From positions 1-40,932 of the forward strand of contig CAYFVS010000224.1 in the NCBI GenBank assembly GCA_964346565.1: a stretch of 40,932 nucleotides of DNA, written 5' to 3'. Each line of letters opens with the position of its first letter. Position 1 is the first letter of the stretch. Positions 1 through 9,286 of the stretch are shown here, piece by piece. Source of the stretch: an uncultured candidatus Brocadiaceae bacterium (GTDB taxonomy: Bacteria > Planctomycetota > Brocadiia > SM23-32). The notes under the pieces were generated by a model. That model was not told where the DNA came from and searched no databases. It was given only the letters and a program-made list of their open reading frames with translations. Made by a program: the position numbers and the translations under genes.

Positions 1-1218
1 GGCGAGAGTCAGCACCAGGGCAACCGCGCCGACCACCGCCCAGCTCATGCGCTGGCCCACGACGGTGCCCTCCCGGCCGAAGCAGAACGAGCAAAGGAAC
101 CCCAGCGGCACGGCCAGGATGGCCAGGTGGCCGCCGATGGATACGTCGGACAGCAGCAACATGCCAACGGGCACGAGCGCGAACAGAGCCACCGATGCCT
201 CCCTTGAGCAGTCGCGTGGCAGCGCCAGCCAGCCCGCAAGCAGCGCGGACAGGACGCCCACCTTCAGCAGCGCGACCGCACGGCGTACGACGGGCATCGG
301 CAGGTGGGCTAGATTCACGTAGCGAGGGTCCGTGCTGCTACCTGCGTTCCTATCGGTCAAAAACCTGACCGACGCCGCCCACAGGGACTGGTTCGCCGCC
401 CGGTGCGGCCGGCCGATGATGCTGTCAGGTCCCTGCGCGGCGACTGGAAGCAGCACTTGGTCGGCCCAGGACTCGTACCGGGCGCGCGCCCCGTCGACGC
501 CCCACACGGCCACCGGCAGCAGAACGCAGCACAGCAGCCCGGCCACCACCATGCCGCAGAGGGCCTGCCAGCGCCGTCGACACAGCAGGTAGGCTCCGAA
601 CAAGGCCGGGGTGATCTTGAAGGAAGCCGCCACGCCGAGCAGCACTCCCCCCAGCCAGGGCCGCCGGCGCACAAACATGAGTGCCATCGCCCCGGCCACG
701 AGCATGAGAACGAACATATCCGTCTCGCAACGGACCACGGAGTTGAGCATCAGAGGTCCGGCCATCAGCCAGGTCAGCACGGCCAGGCAGCTCAGCCAGT
801 TGTACTCCCGCCCGCAAGCCGCCGCGATGCAGCGCACCGACCAGAAGGTCATGGCTGTCATCAGGGCGAGGCACGCGGCTGCCTCCGCCCCGAGGGCCGC
901 TGCCTGGCCGGGCGTAGATGAGCCGAGAACGTCGTTCTTGTCAGGCAGGTGATCCCAGGGCAGAACGCCGAACGGCGCCCAGGCGATGGCAAAGAAAGGC
1001 GGATAGGCCCGGATGTGCGGGATCGCCTCGTAGTGGTCGCGGTGCTGGACCAGACTGACCTGCACGATCTCGCGGAAGCCGGCGTACTCGCTCGAGCCCC
1101 GCAACGCGCGCTCGGTGCCCGCGATGACAACGAACAGCGTGGCGCCGGCAATCACCACGACAAGCACCCGTCGGACGGCCTTCCGCTGCCAGACCCGGCA
1201 GGTACCCCGCAGGTTCAT
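1..1218 (-). CDS. Polytopic membrane glycosyltransferase, DUF2029/GT87-like (GT-C type); the C-terminal end runs off the left edge of the window
   Basis: Absent from the ORF track because it has no in-window stop. My own minus-strand translation from the ATG at 1218..1216 gives 406 uninterrupted codons (MNLRGTCRVWQRKAVRRVLVVVIAGATLF...RAYPPFFAIAWAPFG...AASFKITPALFGAYLL...). It has many hydrophobic helices and GC-rich third positions. The start lies 14 nt downstream of the preceding gene's stop. Confidence 0.55.
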   Translation of the reverse strand, partial: MNLRGTCRVWQRKAVRRVLVVVIAGATLFVVIAGTERALRGSSEYAGFREIVQVSLVQHRDHYEAIPHIRAYPPFFAIAWAPFGVLPWDHLPDKNDVLGSSTPGQAAALGAEAAACLALMTAMTFWSVRCIAAACGREYNWLSCLAVLTWLMAGPLMLNSVVRCETDMFVLMLVAGAMALMFVRRRPWLGGVLLGVAASFKITPALFGAYLLCRRRWQALCGMVVAGLLCCVLLPVAVWGVDGARARYESWADQVLLPVAAQGPDSIIGRPHRAANQSLWAASVRFLTDRNAGSSTDPRYVNLAHLPMPVVRRAVALLKVGVLSALLAGWLALPRDCSREASVALFALVPVGMLLLSDVSIGGHLAILAVPLGFLCSFCFGREGTVVGQRMSWAVVGAVALVLTLA

Positions 1219-1232
1219 GCTCCGCTGCTCCG

Positions 1233-2645
1233 TCAACGTTCGGCGTAGCCCGGTTCGCGCCCTATCATGCTCAGGTCATGTCGGTGGCCCAGCACGTTCT
1301 CTGCGGCCTTCAGGCCCATGTCCATGTAATGGTCGGAACTCGTATAGAGAAATGCCGCATTGCGGCCGACTCGGTGCAGGTTCGCAAAGCCGTCCAGGTA
1401 GTCGTTGACGGTGTCCAGACGCCTCCTGTAGCCAAGCCTGTACACCGGGTATGCCTTCCGCAGGCGTACAGTCCAGTGACCGCTCACCTCGTCGACGGCA
1501 ATCAAATCCATCTTCTCCAGGTCTCCGGCGGCCGCAGCGGCGAGTTGGCTGGCGGGGGCTTCCCACACTCGGTCGCCGGCCTGGCAGAAGTACTCGACGA
1601 CCAGCGAGGTGCGGCCCGGGGGCGCCATCTCCGGGCTCCAGTTCCTTGGCTCGTGCAGGCGGCAGAACTCGACCTCCTGGGACGGCACGTAGATCCAGTG
1701 ATCCTTGCTGACCTGCTTCCTGTCGAGGAGAAGGAGCAAGATGACCATGTCGCGGTAGCAGAGCCCAGCAGCCGCCCGGGTCACCTCGGGCGGCGCCGGC
1801 GGGGAGAGGATGTGGACGGTCTCGTCCAGCGGGATGGAGCTGATCAGCTCGCCGCAGGGCCAGCGCTGCTCCCGGCCCTCGGGGGTGACCGTGCGTACGG
1901 CACTGACCTGGCCGTTGCGGTGCTCGATGGCTACCACCCGGCGCCGGCAGGCGAGGCTGTTGGGCGGCTCCACGGAGCGTGCCATGGCCTCGGGTATCTG
2001 CCCGAAACCGTGGCGGGGGTACAGGAAGCGGCGCACCAGTGAGTCGTCCTCTCCCGTCTTGAATATGGCGTCCTTGACAGCCTCGCGAAACGAAAGCCCC
2101 TTTATGCGCTGCTCGGCGAAGTCGGCCGAAAGCTCCGAGCAGGGCACCCCCCACGTCTTCTCGGTATAGACTTTGAAGTAAACGCGGTAGAGGTACTCCC
2201 CGAAGCGATGGAGCGCCCACTGTTCGAACGTCTGCTCACTGCCGTGCGAGTCCACAAGCCGCTGCAGCTTCATGGCGGCGTAGTCGCGCAGCGCACATGC
2301 CGCTCCGATAGGCCCAAGGGCGTGCAGTGTGCTGAGCGGACGCAGAGGGTAGTCCACGAATCTGTCGTTGAACCGTATGTGGCTCATGCGGTCCACCGTC
2401 AACAGGTCGTCGCCCACCAGGTCACGCACGAACCGCTCAATCTCCGGTTTCCGGCTGTAGAACCGGTGTCCCCCCAGGTCAAACCGGAATCCGTCTCGCT
2501 CCAGCGTCCGACTGCATCCGCCCACCTGCTCGTTCCTCTCAAGGACCAGGAACGGGACATGGGCGTTGCCTTGCAGGCGGCAGGCCGCCGCCAGTCCGGC
2601 GACGCCGGCGCCTGCGATGACGATGGGATCGTCCTCAGTCATAGC
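1233..2645 (-). CDS. FAD-dependent oxidoreductase, UDP-galactopyranose-mutase-like / amine-oxidase fold
   Basis: Rossmann dinucleotide motif IVIAGAGVAGLAAA...VLERNEQVGG, then FDLGGHRF and YTEKTWG, which resemble Glf-type motifs. The real start is taken as the internal MTEDDPIV (2645) rather than the Arg-rich extension to 2723. It overlaps the upstream deacetylase stop by 11 nt. Confidence 0.75.
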   Translation of the reverse strand, partial: AMTEDDPIVIAGAGVAGLAAACRLQGNAHVPFLVLERNEQVGGCSRTLERDGFRFDLGGHRFYSRKPEIERFVRDLVGDDLLTVDRMSHIRFNDRFVDYPLRPLSTLHALGPIGAACALRDYAAMKLQRLVDSHGSEQTFEQWALHRFGEYLYRVYFKVYTEKTWGVPCSELSADFAEQRIKGLSFREAVKDAIFKTGEDDSLVRRFLYPRHGFGQIPEAMARSVEPPNSLACRRRVVAIEHRNGQVSAVRTVTPEGREQRWPCGELISSIPLDETVHILSPPAPPEVTRAAAGLCYRDMVILLLLLDRKQVSKDHWIYVPSQEVEFCRLHEPRNWSPEMAPPGRTSLVVEYFCQAGDRVWEAPASQLAAAAAGDLEKMDLIAVDEVSGHWTVRLRKAYPVYRLGYRRRLDTVNDYLDGFANLHRVGRNAAFLYTSSDHYMDMGLKAAENVLGHRHDLSMIGREPGYAER

Positions 2646-3453
2646 GGCCCTCCTCGCCTTCCCTTCTCGTGGCAAGCACCTCCCCGCAGGTAGCGAACTC
2701 AGCGCCAAGGCCGTCGAGCGCATCCTCCAGCACTTCCCACGCCTTCTCGCCGCAGTTGCGCGTCAGCACCGCCCGCAACGGCGGGGGCAGGCACGAAGCC
2801 GTCTCCGGCGGCAGAAACTCGTGCAGGTGCAGGTACATCAGTCCCGCGGTTCGGGGCAACTGCCGCAGCGACAGGGGCGCCATCACGCGCAGCCACGTGA
2901 GCGACAGCGGGAACAGCCCTCCCAGCATTGCCGACGTTGGGAACTCGGCGACCCCGTCGGACCGACACGGGCAGCCCAGCCTGTGCAGGCGCCCGTTGGC
3001 CGGCCCGGGCAGAATGCTCCCGAGCGAGGCGTCATAGCCGTAGCCCGCTGCCCGCATGAGCCCCATGAGGCGGCGCGTCCGGCGGAAGTACGGCGCCCGG
3101 AAGCCGCGGACGGGGAAACCCAGACCCCGCAGGCGCTGGCGAGACTGCACCAGCTCCGCCCGCGCCTCGTCCTTCGGGAGCGCGCTCAGCAGACGATGGC
3201 TGCGGCCATGGGAGGCCACCTCGTTACGCCTTCCGATGGCGATAACCGGCTCCTCGGTGACGTCCAGCAGGTCGCTGACCACGAAGAAGGTCGCCCCTAT
3301 CCCTCGCGCCTGAAGGAAGTCCAGGAACCGTGGGGTGATCTCCCGATACGCACGTGTGCCGTGCACACCCCAGTCGGGCTCCAGATCCACAGTCAGGACC
3401 ATGCGCCTGCCCATCGCAGCCCGCCCACAAGCAGACAGCAGAACAGCAAGCAC
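2635..3453 (-). CDS. Polysaccharide deacetylase (NodB homology / CE4 family)
   Basis: LTVDLEPDWG...GIGATFFVVSDLL...EVASHGRSH...GFRAPY is the typical NodB-domain motif order. The start is ambiguous (3453, or internal Met codons at 3414/3402). Confidence 0.75.
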   Translation of the reverse strand: MLAVLLSACGRAAMGRRMVLTVDLEPDWGVHGTRAYREITPRFLDFLQARGIGATFFVVSDLLDVTEEPVIAIGRRNEVASHGRSHRLLSALPKDEARAELVQSRQRLRGLGFPVRGFRAPYFRRTRRLMGLMRAAGYGYDASLGSILPGPANGRLHRLGCPCRSDGVAEFPTSAMLGGLFPLSLTWLRVMAPLSLRQLPRTAGLMYLHLHEFLPPETASCLPPPLRAVLTRNCGEKAWEVLEDALDGLGAEFATCGEVLATRREGEEGRYD

Positions 3454-3499
3454 GTGCCATTATCGGCCAGCCCGACCCCCAATGCAAAGACGCAGGCGG

Positions 3500-3529
3500 T
3501 TGCGCAGACGTCCCAACCGGCCCTATAAT
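3500..3529 (+). promoter_or_regulatory. Candidate sigma70 promoter for aroA (TTGCGC - 18 nt - TATAAT)
   Basis: The -35 TTGCGC is at 3500..3505 and a perfect -10 TATAAT at 3524..3529. They lie in the divergent intergenic region, about 40 nt upstream of the GAAGGAG RBS and the GTG start at 3572. Confidence 0.45.
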
Positions 3530-3571
3530 CTTGCCCCGCCGCCTCGGCCCATTGCCTGAAGGAGTCCACCT

Positions 3572-4852
3572 GTGAAGCTCGAAGTCACCCCTGGCCCACT
3601 GCGCGGCAGCGTCCTGGTCCCGGCCAGCAAGTCGCATACGATACGCGCGTTGCTCATCGGCAGCCTGGCCGCTGGCAAGTCCCGTCTGCTGCGCCCGTTA
3701 CGGTCTGCTGACACCAGGAGCTGCGCGCACGTCTGCCGTGCCCTGGGCGCCGACGTCCGCACGGGCAGCGACGGCGCCTGGGAGGTCGTCGGCACCGGCG
3801 GGAGGCCCCGGCCCGCCGCCGAGGTCGTTGACGTGGGCAACTCCGGCACCACGCTGTCGCTGGCGATGACGGTGGCGGCCCTGGCCGACGGGCAGACCGA
3901 GTTCACCGGAGACGAGCAGATCCGGCGCCGGCCGGTCGGGCCCCTGCTGGGTGCACTGCGCCAGCTCGGCGCCACGGCCCGTTCCCTGCGGCATAACGGC
4001 TGCGCACCCCTGGTGGTGGGCGGGCCCCTGCACGGCGGGCACGTCACCGTCGAATGCCACAGCAGCCAGTACCTCTCCAGCCTGCTGCTCGGGTGTCCGC
4101 TCGCACAGGAGGACACCGTGATCGAAGTGCCCCTGCTCAACGAGAGCCCTTACGTGCGGATGACGATGGACTGGCTGCAGCGGGAAGGTATCGCTTTCCG
4201 TGCGGCCGACGATCTGTCCCACTTTGAGTTGCCCGGGGGGCAGAGCTACCCTCCGTTCGAGCGCGCGACACCGGCCGACTTCTCAAGCGCGACGTTCTTT
4301 CTCGTTGCGGCCGCTGTCACCGGGTCCACCGTCCTGCTGAAGGGATTGGACATGGGCGACGTGCAGGGCGACAAGGCCGTGGTCGGCATGATGGCGCAGA
4401 TGGGTTGCCAGGTTTCGGAGACCGACGACGGGCTGGAAGTGGCGGGCCCCGGGGCTCTGAAGGGGGCGAGGTTCGACCTGAACGCCACGCCCGACGCCCT
4501 CCCTTCCCTGGCTGTGGCCGGCTGCTTCGCGGAGGGGAAGACCGAGCTGCTCAACGTCCCGCAGGCGAGGGAGAAGGAGACAGACCGCCTGGCCGTCATG
4601 ACGCGGGAGCTGTGCAAGATGGGCGGTCAGGTCGAGGAGCTGGACGATGGACTCGTCGTTCGCCACAGCCCACTGCGGGGGGCGCAGGTGGACGGGCACG
4701 GTGACCACCGGGTGGTCATGGCCCTGGCGGTGGCCGGTCTGGCGGCCGAAGGCCGAACCGTGGTGGCGGGCGCGGAAGCAGCCGCCGTCACGTTCCCCAA
4801 CTTCGTGGACTTGATGCAGTCCGTGGGCGCCCAGATGCGCCGCGTTCGGTAA
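3572..4852 (+). CDS. aroA: 3-phosphoshikimate 1-carboxyvinyltransferase (EPSP synthase)
   Basis: 426 aa with a GTG start. N-terminal LRGSVLVPASKSHTIRALLIGSLAAG, plus DVGNSGTTLSL and REKETDRL motifs characteristic of EPSP synthase. Confidence 0.93.
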   Translation: MKLEVTPGPLRGSVLVPASKSHTIRALLIGSLAAGKSRLLRPLRSADTRSCAHVCRALGADVRTGSDGAWEVVGTGGRPRPAAEVVDVGNSGTTLSLAMTVAALADGQTEFTGDEQIRRRPVGPLLGALRQLGATARSLRHNGCAPLVVGGPLHGGHVTVECHSSQYLSSLLLGCPLAQEDTVIEVPLLNESPYVRMTMDWLQREGIAFRAADDLSHFELPGGQSYPPFERATPADFSSATFFLVAAAVTGSTVLLKGLDMGDVQGDKAVVGMMAQMGCQVSETDDGLEVAGPGALKGARFDLNATPDALPSLAVAGCFAEGKTELLNVPQAREKETDRLAVMTRELCKMGGQVEELDDGLVVRHSPLRGAQVDGHGDHRVVMALAVAGLAAEGRTVVAGAEAAAVTFPNFVDLMQSVGAQMRRVR

Positions 4853-4910
4853 GCGCCCGCTGGGGCCCGGGTCGGGCCGGTCCACCCGTTTCGATTCTAC
4901 GGAGCTTACC

Positions 4911-6170
4911 GTGTCGGCTTCCCATTCAAGGCGCAACATCGTCTGCCACTTCCTGGACGGGGTGTTCTTCTTCGCGGCGCTGATCATGTTCAGCCGGGAA
5001 GTGATCATCCCGGCGATGATCAAGGAGCTGACGGACTCGGCGCTGCTGGTCGGTCTGGTGCCCTCGATCATATGGGTCGGCATTATCGCGCCGCAACTCC
5101 TCTACGCCAAGCGCATCGAGGGTCTTGCCTACAAGAAGCGCACGGTGCTGCTGTGGGTGTTCGTGCAGCGCGTTGGCTGGCTGGTGCTGCTTGCGTCCCT
5201 GTTCATGCGGTGGGGGCCCGTCTTCACCCTCACGGTCTTCTTCGTCACCCAGACCACCAACAGCCTGGGCAGCGGGTTCCTGATTCCCGTCTGGACGGAT
5301 TGGTACGCGAAGACGGTGCCGGAGGACATGTGGGGCCGGCTGCTGGGCTACCGGCGGGCGGTTCCCGGCGTGGTGGGGCTGGGGCTGGGATTTGCCATAG
5401 ACCACGTGATGGCCGCTTACCTCCCACCGGCGCGTTACCAGGTGCTGGCGGGCTGCGCGGTGCTGTTCTACGCCCTGTCCGCCCTCTGCGTGGCGCTGGT
5501 GCACGAGGAGCCGGAGGAGGACCTGCCGGATCAGCGAGGCGTCAGTCTGCGGGACTACCTGGGGGACGTCTCGAACATCCTCGTTCGCCGGCTCGACTTC
5601 CGCCGGTTCATGGTGGCCGCGCTGCTGACGTGCGTCCCGCTCACCATCACCATCACGTTCCTGATGCGCTACGGGTTGGAGTACCCGGGCGTGCCGGATG
5701 CCATCACGGGCACGTGTACGAAGGTGATGTTTGTCGCCGGCGCGGCGGGCGCCTTGCTCGGAGGCATCGTCAGCGACCGATGGAACGCGCTGGCGCCGTT
5801 CCGCGTCTTCCCCCTGTTCGGACTCGGGGCGGCCGCATTTGCCTTCGCGACGGCGCACCCGGCGGCCCTGACAACTGCCTTCGGGCTCTACGGCTTCGCC
5901 TTCGGGGTGCGGATGGTCGTCATGCTGCCGGCGGTGTTCCGCTACGCAGGGCCGGAGCGCAGGCCGACCTACACGGCGGTCTCCTTCACGGTCCTCAGCC
6001 TGCCCAGTGCCGTTCTGCCGCCGCTGCTCGGGGCGATGTTGGACGCCGACCTGCTGGCCTTTCCGCTGGTATTTCTTCTATGCGCCATAATGTCGCTGAT
6101 CGGGTGGGTGCTGTTCCTGGGCATGCCGGCTCCGGAGCTCAGTGAGGCGACTGGCGGCGCGGAGAGGTGA
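4911..6170 (+). CDS. MFS-type transporter, substrate unknown
   Basis: 419 aa, about 12 hydrophobic segments, GTG start 7 nt after a GGAG. The N-terminal architecture (R-N-x-x-x-H-F-L-D-G...) is paralogous to the MFS at 28454..29782. Confidence 0.8.
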   Translation: MSASHSRRNIVCHFLDGVFFFAALIMFSREVIIPAMIKELTDSALLVGLVPSIIWVGIIAPQLLYAKRIEGLAYKKRTVLLWVFVQRVGWLVLLASLFMRWGPVFTLTVFFVTQTTNSLGSGFLIPVWTDWYAKTVPEDMWGRLLGYRRAVPGVVGLGLGFAIDHVMAAYLPPARYQVLAGCAVLFYALSALCVALVHEEPEEDLPDQRGVSLRDYLGDVSNILVRRLDFRRFMVAALLTCVPLTITITFLMRYGLEYPGVPDAITGTCTKVMFVAGAAGALLGGIVSDRWNALAPFRVFPLFGLGAAAFAFATAHPAALTTAFGLYGFAFGVRMVVMLPAVFRYAGPERRPTYTAVSFTVLSLPSAVLPPLLGAMLDADLLAFPLVFLLCAIMSLIGWVLFLGMPAPELSEATGGAER

Positions 6171-6186
6171 GTGGTTGCCGCCTCTG

Positions 6187-6789
6187 TCACCGGCTGGTGA
6201 GCCACCGCTGGAAGCGCCTGCGGAACTCGCGCAGCGCCCTGCCCCGGTGGCTGACGGCGTTCTTCTGCTCCGGCGTCATCTGGGCGAAGCTCCTGCCCGC
6301 CGGCCCGTAGTAGAAGACCGGATCGTAGCCGAATCCGCCTTCGCCGACCATGTGCGTGAGGATGCGCCCGCCCACCCGGCCGCGGGCGGTCAGGGCGACC
6401 TCGCCTTCCGGACTCCCGAGCGCGATGCAGCACAGGAAGTGGGCAGTGCGCTCGGGCGCGGGCACGCCGTCCAGCTCTCTCAGCAACTTCCGGCACAGCT
6501 TCTGCGGCGTCGGGTCGGGGCCGGCGTAGCGGGCGCTGTGCACGCCCGGCCGGCCGTCCAGCGCGTCCACGAATAGCCCCGAGTCGTCGGCCACGGCGTA
6601 CATGCCGCAGGCGACTGCCGTCTGGCACGCCTTCCTGGCCGCGTTCTCGGCGGGGGTGTCGCCATCCTCAACGACCTCCGGCACGCCCGCCACACGGTCC
6701 GGGGTCAGGACTTCAACGGGCAGGTCCGCCAGCAGGGCACGCATCTCGCGGCACTTGCCCGGGTTCCCAGTTGCGATCAGCAAACGCAC
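6187..6789 (-). CDS. rdgB: Non-canonical purine NTP pyrophosphatase (dITP/XTP pyrophosphatase, RdgB/HAM1 family)
   Basis: MRLLIATGNPGKCREMRALL...DDSGLFVDALDGRPGVHSARYAG...GEGGFGYDPVF...KNAVSHRGRAL are the hallmark RdgB motifs. Confidence 0.9.
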   Translation of the reverse strand: MRLLIATGNPGKCREMRALLADLPVEVLTPDRVAGVPEVVEDGDTPAENAARKACQTAVACGMYAVADDSGLFVDALDGRPGVHSARYAGPDPTPQKLCRKLLRELDGVPAPERTAHFLCCIALGSPEGEVALTARGRVGGRILTHMVGEGGFGYDPVFYYGPAGRSFAQMTPEQKNAVSHRGRALREFRRRFQRWLTSR

Positions 6790-6859
6790 GCTCTTCCCTT
6801 CGCCTGAAGGTCCGGCGAGCCCATTCCGCCGAGGCTTCGAAGCCCACTGGACGCCGGAC

Positions 6860-9205
6860 CTACCCGTTCCTCTGCTGAACGGTCGCCCCGCGAGGTTGCA
6901 TCTGCGGGAACAGGTCCTGGACGGCCTCGGCGATCCGCTTCACGTAGCGCAGTTCGAGGCCCTCAAGCGAGGTCTCCCTGGCGATGTGCTCGACTGCGCG
7001 CCGGCTCTGCCCCGGCAGCATCGCCCTGCCGGTTCCGGCGCGCCGGGCGGCGGCCAGGCGCTCGCGGAGGTGCGGCACGTCGCGTATGCGGCCGTGCAAG
7101 GTGACCTCCCCCACGGCGGCGACGCCCTCCGGGATCGGCGCGTCGCACAAGACCGAGGCGAAACCCAGCGCGATGGCCAGGCCGAAGGCCGTGCCCTCCT
7201 TGGGCACTGCGCCGCCCGGCAAGTGCACGTGGAAGTCGGACTGCCGCAGCACGTCAGGGCTGACGCCGAACTCCGCCGCCCGGTTGCGCCAGAACTGATG
7301 CGCCAGCATAGCGCTCTCCCGCAGGGCCTCGCCAGCGCGCCCGGTCACTGTCAGCTTGCCCTCGCCCTCGGTGCGGCTCACCTCGACCCACATCAACTGG
7401 CCGCCGGCCGGAGACATGGCCAGTGTGGCACAGACACCGGGTCGGCCGACGCGCACGTGTCGTTCCGGCCTGTACTGCGCCGGCCCGAGAAGGTCGTGCA
7501 CGCGCGCAGCGTCCATGTGTTCGTAGCAGAACCGGCCGCCGACGTGCCGGCGGGCTACCTTGCGGCAGAGCGCCGCGATCCGCCTCTCCAGGTCTCGCAC
7601 CCCCGCCTCCTGGGTGTAGCCCTCGATAAGAAGCTCCAGGGCGTCCTCTGCGATCTCGACCCGCTTCGGGTCCAGCCCCGCCTCGGCGACCTGGGCGGGG
7701 ACCAGATACTGCCGGGCGATGCAGACCTTCTCCTCCGGGGAGTAGCCGGACAGCTCCATCACCTCGAGCCGGTCCAGCAGCGCCGGCGGGATTGTGTCCG
7801 ACGTGTTGGCCGTGCCGATAAACATCACGTGGGACAGGTCGAACGGGACGGCCAGGTAGTTGTCCACGAACGTGGCGTTCTGCTGCGGGTCCAGCACCTC
7901 CAGCAGGGCCGAGACGGGATCGCCTGTGAGCCCGCTGCGCAGCTTGTCCAGCTCGTCCAGCATCAGCACGGGGTTGCGTACGCCGACGTCGTGCAGCACG
8001 CGGATGATGCGTCCGGGCATGGCGCCGATGTAGGTGCGGCGGTGTCCGCGTATCTGCGCTTCGTCCCCCACCCCGCCCAGGGACACGCGCCGGAAGCGGC
8101 GACCGGTGGCCTCCGCGATGCTACGGCCGAGGGACGTCTTGCCGACGCCCGGAGCGCCGACGAAGCACAGCAGCGCCCCCTCCTGCTGCGGGTTGAGCTG
8201 CCGTACGCTCAGGTACTCCAGTATGCGCTCTTTGACCTCTTCCCGGTCGTAGTGGTCACGATCCAGGATCTCCCGCGCGGTCGCCAGGTCCACGAACGCA
8301 TCCGTCCGCTTCTGCCAGGGGAGCTGAGCCAGCCAGTCCAGATAGTCGCGCGCGATAGGGAACTCCGGCGATCCCGGAGGCATGTTGGCGAGCCGCGCCA
8401 GTTCCCGGTCGGCCTCCCGCCGTGCCTCCGGCGGAAGCTCGGCTTCGTCCAGCCTCTGGCGGGCGTCGCCCAGCTCGTCTTGCTCGCCGCTCAGCTCAGC
8501 CAGTCGGCTCTCCAGCTCGCGCTTGCGATCCTCCAGGTACTGCCGCCTGCCCTGCTCGCTGACTGAGCGCCTGGCGTCCTCCTGGATGCGCCGTTCGGCC
8601 GCTGCGATCTGCTCCTCGGTGCGCAGCACGGGGATCAACATGCGGTATCGGTTCACCGGATCGAGCTCCTCCAGGATCCGCTGTTTGTCTTCGACCTCCA
8701 GGGACAGGCCGAACGCCACTGCGTATCCCAGATCAGAAGAGCCCAGCAGCGACTCCATCTGAACCAGCGCCCGGACGGTCTCCGGCCCCGCCGAGACCAG
8801 CCTCTCCACCTCCCGGCGCAGCTCGGGGGGCGGTTCCTGGTCCGGTTCCGGCAGTGCCGCCACACGGACGGCCATGTACGGCTCGTCCGATTCGAGGGCT
8901 TCGATGCGGCACCGTGCCACGCCCTCGAGCAACACGTTCAGCACTTCCAGATCCAGCACTTCCCCCACCTGGCGGACGTTTGCCGTGACGCCGACCACGT
9001 AGAGATCGTCGAGAGTAGGTCGCTCGACGGTGGCATCACGCTGGGCCACCAGGACCAGTGTGTTGTCCCGTTGTTGGGCGGCGCGCAAGGCGGCGACCGA
9101 GCGTGGCCGGCCCACGCGCACGGCGGTGATCACGCCCGGGAACATGACCAGGTCCCGGAGGGGTATCAGGGGAAGGGTTCTGCTTCGCTGTTGGTCCCGG
9201 ACCAT
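6860..9205 (-). CDS. Lon-family AAA+ protein with a degenerate protease active site (Ser-Lys dyad replaced by Ala/Arg)
   Basis: 781 aa. It has a Lon N-domain (LPLIPLRDLVMFPGV), Walker A GAPGVGKTS, Walker B VLMLDELDK and PPALLDRLEV. The C-terminal domain aligns without gaps to E. coli Lon as I recall it, but reads PKEGTAFG where Lon has PKDGPSAG, and HLRERL where Lon has GLKEKL. Confidence 0.9.
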   Translation of the reverse strand: MVRDQQRSRTLPLIPLRDLVMFPGVITAVRVGRPRSVAALRAAQQRDNTLVLVAQRDATVERPTLDDLYVVGVTANVRQVGEVLDLEVLNVLLEGVARCRIEALESDEPYMAVRVAALPEPDQEPPPELRREVERLVSAGPETVRALVQMESLLGSSDLGYAVAFGLSLEVEDKQRILEELDPVNRYRMLIPVLRTEEQIAAAERRIQEDARRSVSEQGRRQYLEDRKRELESRLAELSGEQDELGDARQRLDEAELPPEARREADRELARLANMPPGSPEFPIARDYLDWLAQLPWQKRTDAFVDLATAREILDRDHYDREEVKERILEYLSVRQLNPQQEGALLCFVGAPGVGKTSLGRSIAEATGRRFRRVSLGGVGDEAQIRGHRRTYIGAMPGRIIRVLHDVGVRNPVLMLDELDKLRSGLTGDPVSALLEVLDPQQNATFVDNYLAVPFDLSHVMFIGTANTSDTIPPALLDRLEVMELSGYSPEEKVCIARQYLVPAQVAEAGLDPKRVEIAEDALELLIEGYTQEAGVRDLERRIAALCRKVARRHVGGRFCYEHMDAARVHDLLGPAQYRPERHVRVGRPGVCATLAMSPAGGQLMWVEVSRTEGEGKLTVTGRAGEALRESAMLAHQFWRNRAAEFGVSPDVLRQSDFHVHLPGGAVPKEGTAFGLAIALGFASVLCDAPIPEGVAAVGEVTLHGRIRDVPHLRERLAAARRAGTGRAMLPGQSRRAVEHIARETSLEGLELRYVKRIAEAVQDLFPQMQPRGATVQQRNG

Positions 9206-9286
9206 TGCCGGTGTCCGTTGCGCATCACAGAATGAGCCGGAGCAGCGACGAGGAGCAATACTCCGGCCCTTCCATTGTCGGCCAAC

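Noticed and set aside
2635-3453. LSAC lipobox-like sequence at the N-terminus of the deacetylase
   Set aside because: The Cys is only nine residues from the putative start, with no positively charged n-region. It is too short for a lipoprotein signal peptide, and the start codon itself is uncertain.
6602-8566. 654-aa ORF on the plus strand
   Set aside because: It lies entirely antisense to the well-supported Lon-family gene. Its composition is Arg/Ala/Gly/Pro-rich and low-complexity with no motifs. This is the typical open antisense frame of high-GC DNA.
9206-9286. Possible terminator for the radical SAM gene and promoter for the Lon-like gene in the 81-nt spacer
   Set aside because: A 7-bp stem (GCCGGAG...CUCCGGC) is followed by only a weakly U-rich tail. 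A TTGGCC-17-AGTATT arrangement is present but poor. The evidence is too weak to annotate as features.
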